Source of the DNA: Fistulifera solaris
Taxonomy: Eukaryota
Direction: 5' to 3'
Assembly: GCA_030295235.1 (NCBI GenBank)
Contig: AP026131.1
Location: 1,426,001 to 1,490,000, forward strand
Length of the DNA: 64,000 nt
This document shows, piece by piece, positions 49,101 to 59,829 of the stretch. The notes beneath the pieces are model-generated. The model ran no database searches. It saw only the letters and a program-made list of their open reading frames with translations, and had not been told where the DNA came from. The translations under genes were made by a program, and so were the position numbers. Each line of letters starts with the position of its first letter. The stretch's first letter is position 1.

Positions 49101-49529
49101 GACTTGTTGAAAGTAGCTGCATAATAGTGAAGGGATTAAATGGTGAGATAGATGTCAAATATAGCGAATCTCACAGGAAAACAAAATACGTAACAAATAC
49201 ACTAGCAACATAATCTCACTCTCTTCACGCTCGTTACTTACACTGCCGGCATATTTTCAAGAAACCACGGTACGACCGATTCAATTGTTCGTGTTTGTTC
49301 ATGGATCAATTCATATATCATGGCTTTTTTGTGTGACACGTTGCACTTCGACGTTGTGAGAAGCTTGCCACGCTTTCTCGGGGGAAAGAGACGTTGGTGT
49401 TTCTCCTAAACTTCCGTATTGATGCGACATGCCCGGAATGCGGTACGTGTCATTCTTCGATGTGAAGACTCGACGTTGGTTTGTCACTAGACGACGTGAC
49501 GACGTCGTTAATTTCAACCACAATGTCAT
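46103..49529 (-). CDS. GDH2: NAD-specific glutamate dehydrogenase (large GDH2 type), multi-exon, with an N-terminal transit-peptide-like leader
   Basis: Motifs GFHVRFRDISRGGLR, AQQLKNKD|IPEGGSKA, YLGPDE, GINHKQFGVTSEG, TGGPDGDVAGN, EGANLF and DSSANKGGV. Introns near 47587-47652 and 49120-49243; apparent frameshift near 49312. Confidence 0.93.
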
Positions 49530-50259
49530 GTTCTCGAAAGAGTTCTCGAAAGAGCGTATCAGAACGAATGATGATTCGAACAACAGTCGCTGTTGCCTTT
49601 GTTTGTGAGGAACGACTCTATCGCAATTTTAACCTTCCTTTGTGAAAGCTTCCAGCGTCAAATCAGAAAGAAGAATAACAATTGAAGCTTTCTTGACACT
49701 TGCTGTCAAGATGCATGTCTCTTGTCATCCAGAGAGGAAAAACGAAAAAAAGGACGACAAAAATCATCCTCGAGCGTCGAAAATGACCAGAAACGCGAAG
49801 AAACCGAAACCGAACCCAAACACATTCTGCGACTAATTAGAGTGAGAACCGCAAGGATATTTTCAACTGAGTTCAAAAGAATAGCAACGTACATCGAAGA
49901 GGTATTGCATTTAGCAGCTGAAGTACCGGTACCGCTGGAGGCCGACCTTCCGATGATCCCATTTTCTCAGCCACCGAACAAGAGGATGAATGAACCGAAG
50001 AGCGAGGCGTCTTAGACGTTTTATACGCCCTTGGATACAAATGGCTATCGGAATGAAAGCGTTTCGTGGTCATGCACTTATTCGTGACGCGGAGGAGGCA
50101 CCGGACTATCGGGAGATCAGCATATTTGACAGAAATCGATCGTTTTTAAAGTCCAGATTTTTGAGCCTGGTCGTATGATACGTCGCTTGTCAAATGATAA
50201 GAAAGCAAACGAAACAATAAAACCAAAAGGATGGTAAAATAATAGGAGAGAGTTTGTCT

Positions 50260-50482
50260 GGAAGCGACGTTAAGATTCTGCCCGCCGTAGCCGTAGGCTC
50301 TACGTAGAAACTTGTACTAAGAGGCAGAATTTTAACGTCCTTCGAAAACGGCGTTAAAATTCTGCCTCGCCGTAGGCTCTACGTAGAAACTTGTACCGAG
50401 AGGCAGAATTTTAACGTCCTTTCGCTCTCAGTACAAACTTCTACGTAGCGCCTACGGCGAGGCAGAATTTTAACGTCGTTCC
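50260..50482. repeat. Cluster of three family-A hairpin mini-elements (two head-to-tail, one inverted and truncated)
   Basis: Copies at 50260-50343 and 50344-50424, and a reverse-complement partial at 50426-50482. Confidence 0.9.
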
Positions 50483-51355
50483 ACAACGCTCATCTCGACG
50501 AGCTTTATTTTCCTTCATTCTATGATTGTCATCAAAAGGTTAACAATTGTTTGTTTATTCTATCGTCGGTCCAACTCCACAAAGGACTTTTTTCGGCGTA
50601 GCCCGCTGCGCCCTTTGGATTCGCATTGCAACAAATCCGCCGACCACAATGCAAGAAAAATGAAAAAAAAACCTTCTTTTTTTTGTACATTCACGAGACG
50701 GCAACTTTTCTTGACACTTTCTCTCGTTCCAGCAACACTCCTCTGTATGGAAGAAACAACCCTTTCCGGCTCCATAGTGATGCAAGAATTATCATAAGTT
50801 CAGGCACTGCGCCAATGAAAAGAGGATCTCGCCTTGGTATTTCATTCCTTTTTCCGGGTAGACGCACAAGGACGCACATGAATGAACCACGGGTTTGAAG
50901 GATGAGAAGTCGATGCTGAGAACATGTCAAAGAGCACAATGGATGCTATCCGACAAACAGAGCGTATCAACGTTTACGCCCCCACCTAGCGGATAATGGG
51001 CAACCGAGACGACAAAGTCTTCTGTTCGACAAAGAAGAAGTAGCAACAGTTCGAATGGTATCCGCAATGACGACGACGAAAAGACACAAATTGTCGAGCT
51101 TCGACCGCGGGAAGAGAGACTTTGCAAACAACGATATTTGGACCTGTGATATTGAGGTGCTATAAGAAGATTGCGTGCCTGCATGAAATTCCCTACGATA
51201 CCCTTAGACCAACACGCTACTATCACTATGTGGACGTCGAATATACTACGGAGTATTTTAGCTACAATCAACCGAGTTCAATGGAGTGAATTTACAGGAA
51301 TGATTTTTCAGGAAGTTTCTTGTTCTGTTGGAACTCCATCAAAATCTCTTACAAC

Positions 51356-51795
51356 TTATCCACCACGGCGCACCTGTATCATGCAAATACTTTGAGAGCA
51401 TCCTCCAAAATCGACGCAGACATAACTCAGAAGTTTGTTAGAGACCTTTGAGATCGGCACAAGTCGGAATGCGCACGTCATACTTACCCATCGCTGCAAT
51501 CTCGAGACGAACTGCACTCTTTGCCTTCGACTGTGTCACTGACACAAACTACGCCACGTTCGGTTGTCTTGACACAGGCAAAGCCACCGTCGCACGTGTC
51601 GAACGATCCGGTTTCAAAGTTTTCGCAACCGTAAACCGTACTTCGAAAGTTGCAATCATCGAACAACGGCAAGCACAAGGCGTTTGAAAAGAGCGCCGAA
51701 CGTTCCAACAGCTTGTTGCTTTCCAAGATATCGCCTTTGACGCAGGATGTCTGCAGGAAGAAGAGGTGGATAGCTACGAACAAATGATGATTCAT
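51356..51795 (-). CDS. Small secreted Cys-rich protein, probably with two or more exons
   Basis: Leader MNHHLFVAIHLFFLQTSCVKG and Cys-rich body. Donor GG|gtaagt near 51487; a putative last exon encodes YVCVDFGGCSQSICMIQ, but its acceptor is non-optimal. Confidence 0.5.
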
Positions 51796-52311
51796 CGTGA
51801 TGAAACGTGTTTGTTGTAGCGTTGTTATTTTCGAAGGCTGTTGGGTCAAAGGTCCAAGCGAAGAAGTCATCAAATCATTGTTCATCGGAAGAGGGGGAAG
51901 ATACTGTATCTTTTGTTAGAGACTGAAGCACACGCAGAAGGGCGTCTGGCGTCTGACCGCATAGGCACGTCCCATTTCTTCAAAACCGCTCCGATTCGTT
52001 CATGTTCTTCATAATCCAGTACGATTTCTACATACGTGACGTCTCCGTAGGATGATGTAACCTTACCAGTTCCGCATGGCGCGCCTCCGAATTCGGAAAA
52101 TGGCGGAGCGCTTCGTTTTTCAAAGAACAAAAATCGCAACAATTCTGATTTCTCATTGTCACGAAAGGAAGGAATCACTTACTTTATGCTTCGCGTTGTC
52201 TTTCTCCCATTCTTTTTCATTGATAAGCTTTAACTGCAATTGAATTGACTGCAAAGTTCCTTCAAAAGCCCCTCTTTTGCCGTACCTACAAAAAAGAAAG
52301 AAGCTATCATC

Positions 52312-54189
52312 ATGACACGTTCGATGGTCGTTGTTTCGGATCATTTTCATTTCAGTCATTTTACCTGGAAGGCTTCCCCGCAGGATTCGGAAGAAGAGAC
52401 GACATCGACACCTTTGAAGTTGTCGTCTCCGCCACCGCAAGACATTAAATTGAAACTGTATTCGCGCATTCTTCATGATGACGAAAACAACATTCATTTC
52501 GGAAAATGGGATCGTGTTTCGCTGGAAGAGAAAGATGCGTATTCACAAGCGGCGCATCGCATGACTGACTATATGTACAACGATTTGGCCATACAACTGA
52601 TTCCGGAACATCGTCGTAATGCCAGCGACTTTCAATACATTGATTTGGGGAGCGGGACAGGAGCGAGTGCCTTGCGAATTGCTTCCCAATGTACGTTTCC
52701 GGGCAAGGTTGTGTGTTTGAATGTATGTCCGCAACAGAACCGCATTGCGCAACGCGCGGTCGCACAAGCCAACTTACAACAAACGATTCAAATTATGGAA
52801 GGCGATTTTGAGCAAATGCCGTTTGCCGAGAATGCCTTTGATGTGGCCTTTTCGCAAGATGCCTTCATTCATGCGCGCCGCAAACTGCAAGCCTTTCGAG
52901 AAGCCTTTCGTGTTGTCCGACCTGCGGGTGCCTTTGTCTTTTGCGATGTCATGGCGGGACCCATGACGACGGACGAACAAGTCGAACAACTCTCCAGAGA
53001 CAATGCCATTTCGAATTTGATGCGTCCGCACGAAACAGTCCAAGCGATGCAAGAAGCGGGTTGGAAGGACGTCCACTCGATCAATGTCACGAACGATATG
53101 CGGATTAGTTTTCAACTCATGCTACAAAAAGTGCACGCGAGCTTGGAGACGCATCAACAGGATCGCGATTTGTTAGAGTTGTACCGTCAGCAGATTCAGA
53201 CGCGCATTGATCAAATTGATCGTGGTATCATTCAGTGGTGTGTGTTTCACGGTCGCAAGCCCGTCGTACTGCAAATGTTGTGTCGACCGCCTTTTCCCTT
53301 GGTGAATACTTCGGAATTGATTGTGGTAAAAGAACAAGACAACGACCCGACGTCACAAGATCCGTCCATTGTGGTGGTGGACATTTTGACGCCCATGCCC
53401 CGCGCGAAAGTTGAAGCTTTGCCTTCTTCGGTGTCATTGTTGATTACCATGAGTGCCGGACTTGATCACATTGACATGGCAGCGTGTCACGAACGCAATA
53501 TTACAGTGCAACAGGCCGGTCGTCGCGCCATTACATCCCACGTCGCCCAATACGGATTGGCGTTGATTGTGTTGGGATTGCGGGATGCTTTGTCGCAACA
53601 ACAGGTTCCGTTTCCATCACAGGGATGGAATTTGACGTGGAATATTCCGGGAAAGCCTCTCGAGGAATCGAAGATTGCATTGATTGGTATGGGAACGATT
53701 GCGAAAGAATTGGTGCGTCAAATTCGTTGTTTGGCTCCCACCGCCGAAATTCTGTATCATGCCCGATCTCGTCATGAAACGGCGGAAGCCGAATATCATT
53801 TGCAATATTATGATGATTTGAAGGAAATGGCGTCCCATTGTGATATCTTAGTACCATTGTGTCCTTTGACCGATCAGACTCGCAATTTGATCAATGCCGA
53901 TGTGCTTTACCATTTACCGACGCACGCCGGATTGTTGAATCTGTCTCGCGGCGCCGTGGTCGATACGGAAGCTCTGACGCATGCTTTAGAAGCGAAGCAG
54001 TTTCGGTACGCCATTTTGGATACGACGGCTCCGGAACCTTTGCCGAAAGATCATCCCTTGTGGTCGTTGCCGAACTGTTTCATCTTTCCGCACTTTGCCA
54101 CCAACACTATGGCTGTTCGTCGTGCTTTGGTAGATGACATTCAGCCTTTAGTTGAAGAGTATTTTGGTCTGACATGCAGTGATGTGTGA
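52312..54189 (+). CDS. Bifunctional SAM-dependent methyltransferase (sarcosine/dimethylglycine MT-like) plus D-isomer-specific 2-hydroxyacid dehydrogenase
   Basis: Intact 625-aa ORF. MT motifs NNIHFG, YIDLGSGTG, GDFEQMPF, FSQDAFIH, RVVRPAG and IQWCVFHGRKP. 2-HADH motifs SAGLDHIDM, IGMGTIA, CPLTDQTRNLIN, NLSRG, DTTAPEP and PH. Confidence 0.92.
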   Translation: MTRSMVVVSDHFHFSHFTWKASPQDSEEETTSTPLKLSSPPPQDIKLKLYSRILHDDENNIHFGKWDRVSLEEKDAYSQAAHRMTDYMYNDLAIQLIPEHRRNASDFQYIDLGSGTGASALRIASQCTFPGKVVCLNVCPQQNRIAQRAVAQANLQQTIQIMEGDFEQMPFAENAFDVAFSQDAFIHARRKLQAFREAFRVVRPAGAFVFCDVMAGPMTTDEQVEQLSRDNAISNLMRPHETVQAMQEAGWKDVHSINVTNDMRISFQLMLQKVHASLETHQQDRDLLELYRQQIQTRIDQIDRGIIQWCVFHGRKPVVLQMLCRPPFPLVNTSELIVVKEQDNDPTSQDPSIVVVDILTPMPRAKVEALPSSVSLLITMSAGLDHIDMAACHERNITVQQAGRRAITSHVAQYGLALIVLGLRDALSQQQVPFPSQGWNLTWNIPGKPLEESKIALIGMGTIAKELVRQIRCLAPTAEILYHARSRHETAEAEYHLQYYDDLKEMASHCDILVPLCPLTDQTRNLINADVLYHLPTHAGLLNLSRGAVVDTEALTHALEAKQFRYAILDTTAPEPLPKDHPLWSLPNCFIFPHFATNTMAVRRALVDDIQPLVEEYFGLTCSDV

Positions 54190-54421
54190 GCCACTTTTTG
54201 GAAAATAGATAGCCCAATAGATAAGGGCACTGCATAAATCTCTTATAGACAAAAACATTACATGATGCTTGTTTCAGTTAAATCAGTTGTAACCTTACGT
54301 AGTATTCATTAGAGCGGCCTACGACCGCAAAGGAAACGCAAAAACTAATGATTTGATTGTATTTACTTTAGAAGGCGAGTTAATGGTTAACCATCCACAG
54401 AAATTACCACGGAATTGCTCG

Positions 54422-55260
54422 TCACGAACGGTGGGGTTCGAATGGAGAATCTTCGTTGCGCAAGAGGAAGGACTCTTTTGAAGTTATCGTGCGGAATCTG
54501 GCATCTAAATATTTGTGTTTCTGATAAGGAGTGTCTTTCTTTTTGTGTGTGCTGCGTTTAGGTACATACATCTTGCTTGGAGAAGTCTCTACATCGGTAG
54601 CCATCCAAACACCGGCGTATTGATCCCAAGAATACCCTTTCGGGGCTTTCCCCGGTGGCCGTGTCACAGTCCCGTCCTTGTTCAGCATAAGGAGGCGCTT
54701 GGATTTACGAAACATGGTGGGTGTAGTCTTTGCCAACTTTATTGAGGTCGGTCGTATTTTCCGATCCTTGTTGGACTTTCTCGTGTTCTTCTTTGTTTTC
54801 GGCAAGCTCTTTTTGTTGGCGGGTTCCTGTTCCGGCGAATGCAGCATCGCTAGTGAATCCATTTGTTGCAGAAGTTGCTTTGGAATGCCCGAGAACATCT
54901 TTTGAGTTCCTACCGATCTCGTAGTGGGACGTTGCAATTTCGGAGGAGACTTTCTTTTCGGCGTTGACACGCTCGGAGGTTTTCCTTTCGAAGAGCGTGC
55001 CTTTTTGGCTGGGTTGATCTTCCGTTTCGAAGGATTTGTCTTTTTTACTGGACTGCTCTTTCGCGGTGCTTTTCGCGGCATCTTGTACCATTCATTGTGA
55101 ATCGGATCCCAGGCATGGTCTTTCGGGGCACGTCCTTTGGGTTTAGGAAAAAGATGACATGCTCTTGATATCGTTGATGACCCACGCGCTTGCGGAGGAC
55201 GCGAGGACAACCTTTCTCATCTCCTGAATCACCAGCTGCAGCTTCTTTGTCTTTCATTGC
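54422..55260 (-). CDS. Lys/Arg-rich protein with two PxGxAPKxxxWD..W motifs; 5' structure uncertain
   Basis: ORF 54422..55210 contains PKGRAPKDHAWDPIHNEW and PPGKAPKGYSWDQYAGVW separated by basic low-complexity sequence. Confidence 0.55.
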
Positions 55261-55895
55261 ATCTAAATACAGCACAAGCGAGGAGCACCAACGCACCTTG
55301 GCACCATTTTTCTTTCGGCTACGATCGCCAGTTTACCGACGACATCCTTATTCAGAATCCCATTTTTCACGGCTCTCCGAAATCAATGAGCGACCCTTTT
55401 CTACACTGTTGTGTCAATGTGCGACATTGCGACCGTTTCTTTTCATCAAATAACAACAGCAAAATAATAGGAAGCCGGTGTTTTCGAGGTGCACTCATTA
55501 TTTTTGCGCCCTTCCGCAGCGAGCCAGACAGTGCACACCGACATGACATTCGTGTTACTTTCTGGATGCTATAGTTCTCCACTTACACGATTTCTTCATA
55601 AGTGAAGAAACAGTTCACAAATTGAAGAAACTGAAACTCCGAGTAGTTTACGTCGGACTCACAACGTTCGCGGACTCATGACTGAACACAGTCGTGGCAA
55701 TCGTGAATGTATAAGTGCTTCTTTTGAGAGACTTCTTACCTAGATACGAAGGTATCTACTCTAAAAAATGCAGCTTGGTACTGCTATAGACGACATATGA
55801 TAAAGCGAAAGACTTTTGAACCTTACAAATGGAAAATGTAGTCACATCCCTAGCACCTATATCAATGAAACTGAAACCTCGTCTTGATGCACTAA

Positions 55896-57885
55896 TTACA
55901 TCAAAGCAAGAAGCCATAAGGCCACGGAAGCGCCAGTCGCGAGGCGGAACGAGTGACTACTCTCCTCGGTGGTTCCCTCGTCGACGACGGGCTGGCAGTC
56001 GGCCAAATCGGCAAAAGGAACCGTCTCACAGGGCGGCAATGGCGGGACCATCCAGAATCGTATTGACGATACCACCTTTGGGGCACGCTTTCTTGGTCGA
56101 AAAGTAACTGAAGGAACCCACGGCTCCACGAAGACACGGCGGTGCAAACGGAGGATCGACGGTCATGTAGTAACCGTAATTGCCCGCGCTGTCTTCCTTT
56201 CCATTGCATTCATCCAAATCGTACGGCGCATCAACTGTCCTTGATCATCGTGAAATACCGAAAATGGGGAAACCATCGCGCGCCCATCCAATGACCGGAC
56301 TGGCGGGGCCCGTCGCAGGGAACTGGTTGGGCATGTCGGCGTACTCACGAACCTGATCCCCATCTTTCCACCAGTCGGCACTTTCGGCAAATTCCATTCC
56401 GAGCGATTCCAAGAAGCATTTCGGAGGAAGGTGGTAATGATACTGGTGCTTCTTGTCCGAATGCCCATTGCAGCTGTCATAACTCCAAGTCGGCTTGTGA
56501 CTATCGAGCAAAATGCCGTTGGTCATGACACCCACCACATCGTCATCTTTCAAGTAAGTTGGTTCGCCCGGAGTGCCTGGTTCGGAAGGAATGACCATGG
56601 TGTAATGCTGATACATCGGATCATAGGTACCATGTGATTCAGTGTGACAGGCGCCACATCCCCCGCACGATGCACCACAACCGCCACATCCCCCACAGCC
56701 ACCACATCCCCCACAGCCGCCACATCCACCCGCGCAGCATCCAGTCGAGTTGGAACCGCATCCGGCCGCACAGCATCCAGCACCACATCCGTCAGTCGCA
56801 TTGGCACCGCAAGAAGCATCGCAGCCCTGCAAGAACCGGTTCGCACTGGCCGCGTCGCATCCAGCCGAACAAGAGCCACAGCCCGCATCGCATCCAGCCC
56901 CGCATCCCGCCGAGCAAGAGCCACATCCGGCGTCGCATCCAGCCCCGCATCCCGCCGAGCAAGATCCACAACCAGCGTCGCATCCGGCACCAGAGCAAGC
57001 TCCACAGCCAGCGTCGCAACCAGCCGAGCAGGATCCACAGCCCGCCGAGCAAGATCCGCATCCGGCCGAGCAGGATCCACAGCCCGCCGAGCAAGATCCG
57101 CATCCAGCACCACATCCCGCCGAGCAAGATCCGCAACTTGCGCCGCAAGATCCACATCCGCCACCACATCCAGCGCCACAGGCTCCACACGAGCCGCAAG
57201 CCCCACATCCACCTTCACTGCTGGATTCATTTTGACCCGGAATCACGAAATCACCTTGCGGGTTCGCGACCGTTCCGGTGCTTCCTTGCATATTCGTATG
57301 ATCGGGACACCCGTTGCTTTCAATCACCATCGAATCGGCTTGCACGGTCACCACAACATCGGAACGGAAACAATAGTTGTTCGCTTCGAGATTGGGTTGC
57401 GTCGCATCTTCACAAACCACTTGATGCGTCGGTGCTCCTTGATAGTAAGAATCGTCCCAAGTATCTTGAATCGTTGCCTCAAACGCCAACGGATATCCGG
57501 CATCACTGGTTTCCGCGAGCGCTTCATCGTATTGTACCACAACTTTCGGAAACGGACCCGCCGTTTGACTTTCGATATACTGTACAGTCGTCGCTTGCGA
57601 TGCATTGCCGGCCAATTCGAGCAAAATGGAATGAATACCGTCACTATCGGGCGTTTCACTCAACAAGACGTATCCCGATTCGACACATTTAGGCAACAAT
57701 TTGCACCAGCCCGTGTGCAGTTGCGGAGTATAAAAGACGTTGATGCCATCGGGGGCACACGGGGCCGTCGGAGATGCACCCGTACACAACGCAATGCATT
57801 GCTTGTCAATCAAATAGCCCGACAACTCGGCGGCGAGTGTCGTAGAAAACAAGAGAACGCTCAAGAAGATCGATTTCATCATCAT
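55896..57885 (-). CDS. Secreted, probably GPI-anchored YHYH-domain protein with a ~190-aa Cys/Gly-rich insert; frameshifts near 56250 and 56035
   Basis: Signal peptide. YHYH-family motifs [44 protein letters not shown] and YGYYMT..PF..CLRG. Hydrophobic C-terminus. Confidence 0.85.
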
Positions 57886-59801
57886 GTTTTTGCGAGATTT
57901 GTGTGTTGTCAAAGGAAATCAAATAATCAAATCAATCGTTTCAAAATTGGTCAATGATCAATCGTGTCAAAAAATGAGATAGCCGTCGAATGCTGCTCGA
58001 GCTCATCCTCCGAAAGCGAATCTTTCACTGAATCATCCTCATGGTCGTCATAAAGATTGAAAATGGGCTCGAGCAGTTTTGGAGGATGTCGCGATGATTG
58101 CCTTGCGGAAAAGGAAGGAGGCTGACGAAAGCGTGCGTCCTAAAGAGGTGCGTCTGTGGATGTCATTTTGTACTTAGAAAAAAAAAAGGAGATTTATGCA
58201 GAGCTTGTCCGTTGCATAAATTCTCAACAGAAAAGATACTACGTACGCGGTACGCGAGGCCCATTCATTCGCGAGAGAAGTTGAGTCACGAGAGAGTTGC
58301 GCCGACAAAGAAAACAAGGATGAGTGAGGAGTCGATAAAGAACAACAACAGCAACAACAACAGCAACACTGTAGTCTAGTTTCATTCGAAGTGAAGGATG
58401 GCACCATCGCTAACAACGCAGCATCAATTTATGGAATGATATAAAAATGTTGCAGTCGACCAGAGACGTCGCTTGGAAGAGATCGGCTTCGTCATTCATT
58501 CAATCCATGAACGGGCCTCCGGTTTGCGACTCGAAGGAATGCTCCAGTATTTTTGCACCATTTACTCTTCTATTATTTGTCATAATCCTTCGAATGAGAA
58601 CGTCAGCTTGTGTTTCCAATTGTATCTTTTATTTCGATACAACACGGCGGCTTGAGGGCAGGTGCGGACGGCAGTCGTTTTGACGTCAGATCAAACGGAA
58701 GATTACATCCATCGCAGGATCGTAGCGAAGGATGAACATTATTGTGGATGTGACTGAAGACTGCCTTGAGAGCTTTTACGGCACATGCGATTGAGTCATT
58801 TTGGAAGTAATCAGTGCAAAGAAATGGATCCAAGCGAAAAAAACGTCGTTTCGTAGAACGAAGCACACAACCGTCACTCGATGCGCCCCGCTATCGACTT
58901 TCAAAAAGAATGATCGCTGCATTTGACGGCTATCTGAAACGGCAAATCATTTTTAGTGACGACTTTGGTTTTCGAAGGAGAAATGGAATTTGAGAGACGC
59001 TAGCAATCACTCTTGGAAGACTCGCAGCTGCTATCCATTACGCGGCAATTATCACATCTTAGCTTCATTCGAATGGAAGTGGACCGTATGAGTCAAGTCA
59101 TCGCGAAGAATCAGACATATTCTCCCACCGCCGTTTGCAGTTGGACGTTATCGCCCAAAACGAGTCGCTCCGGACAGCGAACCTCACAAGGTCCGCAGCA
59201 AAACAGCGTCTCGTGGCGTTCGGAAAGCGAAAATGGAGAAGTATATCGTTCAATGGGGATGTGTCAAAGAAGAATGAAGGATGATAATGAAGAAGTTGCG
59301 AGGACGAAGACTTTTCGATCGGCATAAAAATAAAATGGCGAAAACACGAAACACGAAACACGAAAGTGAAAACAGTGAAATTTGTCGTAGCGTTGACCGT
59401 TCAAAGTTTACTACCGCTGTAGTGGCTTTTGCTCTAGTATTGCAATAGGCTTAGAGTGTAGTAACACCTAACACTTACATAAACTCAAGCCTCGATCCAC
59501 ATTACTCCGTATTTATTTTTCAAAAATGCCTCCACCCTTCACCCTCACCTTCTCATGCAACTCCTTGCAATAATGGGAGTAAGAAAGGAAAGCTAGAAAG
59601 CTTATTTGTGACAGAGAATCGACAAAGGCATCTTTCAAGAATCAAGAAAGAAGATAATGTTGGAATTCACTTCCGGCTCGGAGCGACCTGCGGTGTTAAA
59701 CTTGTAGATCAATTAAGCTCCGAGCTTGTTAGTGAATAGGTAGATCAATAGTCTCTTTCTTGTCTCTTCTTAGTCTTAATTTTTACTGTCTACTGGATTC
59801 A

Positions 59802-59829
59802 TCCGAATCAATGAGCTCATTGATTCGGA
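59802..59829. repeat. Perfect 28-bp palindrome
   Basis: tccgaatcaatgagctcattgattcgga is self-complementary with no spacer. Confidence 0.9.

Noticed and set aside
50260..50482. CRISPR-like array
   Set aside because: The cores between the repeats are near-identical rather than unique spacers, there are no cas genes, and the context is eukaryotic.
56550..57957. Long alternative-frame and antisense ORFs (437, 352, 226 and 161 aa)
   Set aside because: Shadows of the low-complexity Cys/Gly repeat in the YHYH gene.
57993..58089. Short inverted repeats upstream of the YHYH gene
   Set aside because: Arms of 12-14 bp with mismatches and a single occurrence; cannot be told apart from a decayed MITE or chance.
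58320..59330. Possible gene with an RRLEEIGFV (helicase-associated-like) motif
   Set aside because: Multiple stops and shifts, and the rest of the domain is absent; no supportable model.
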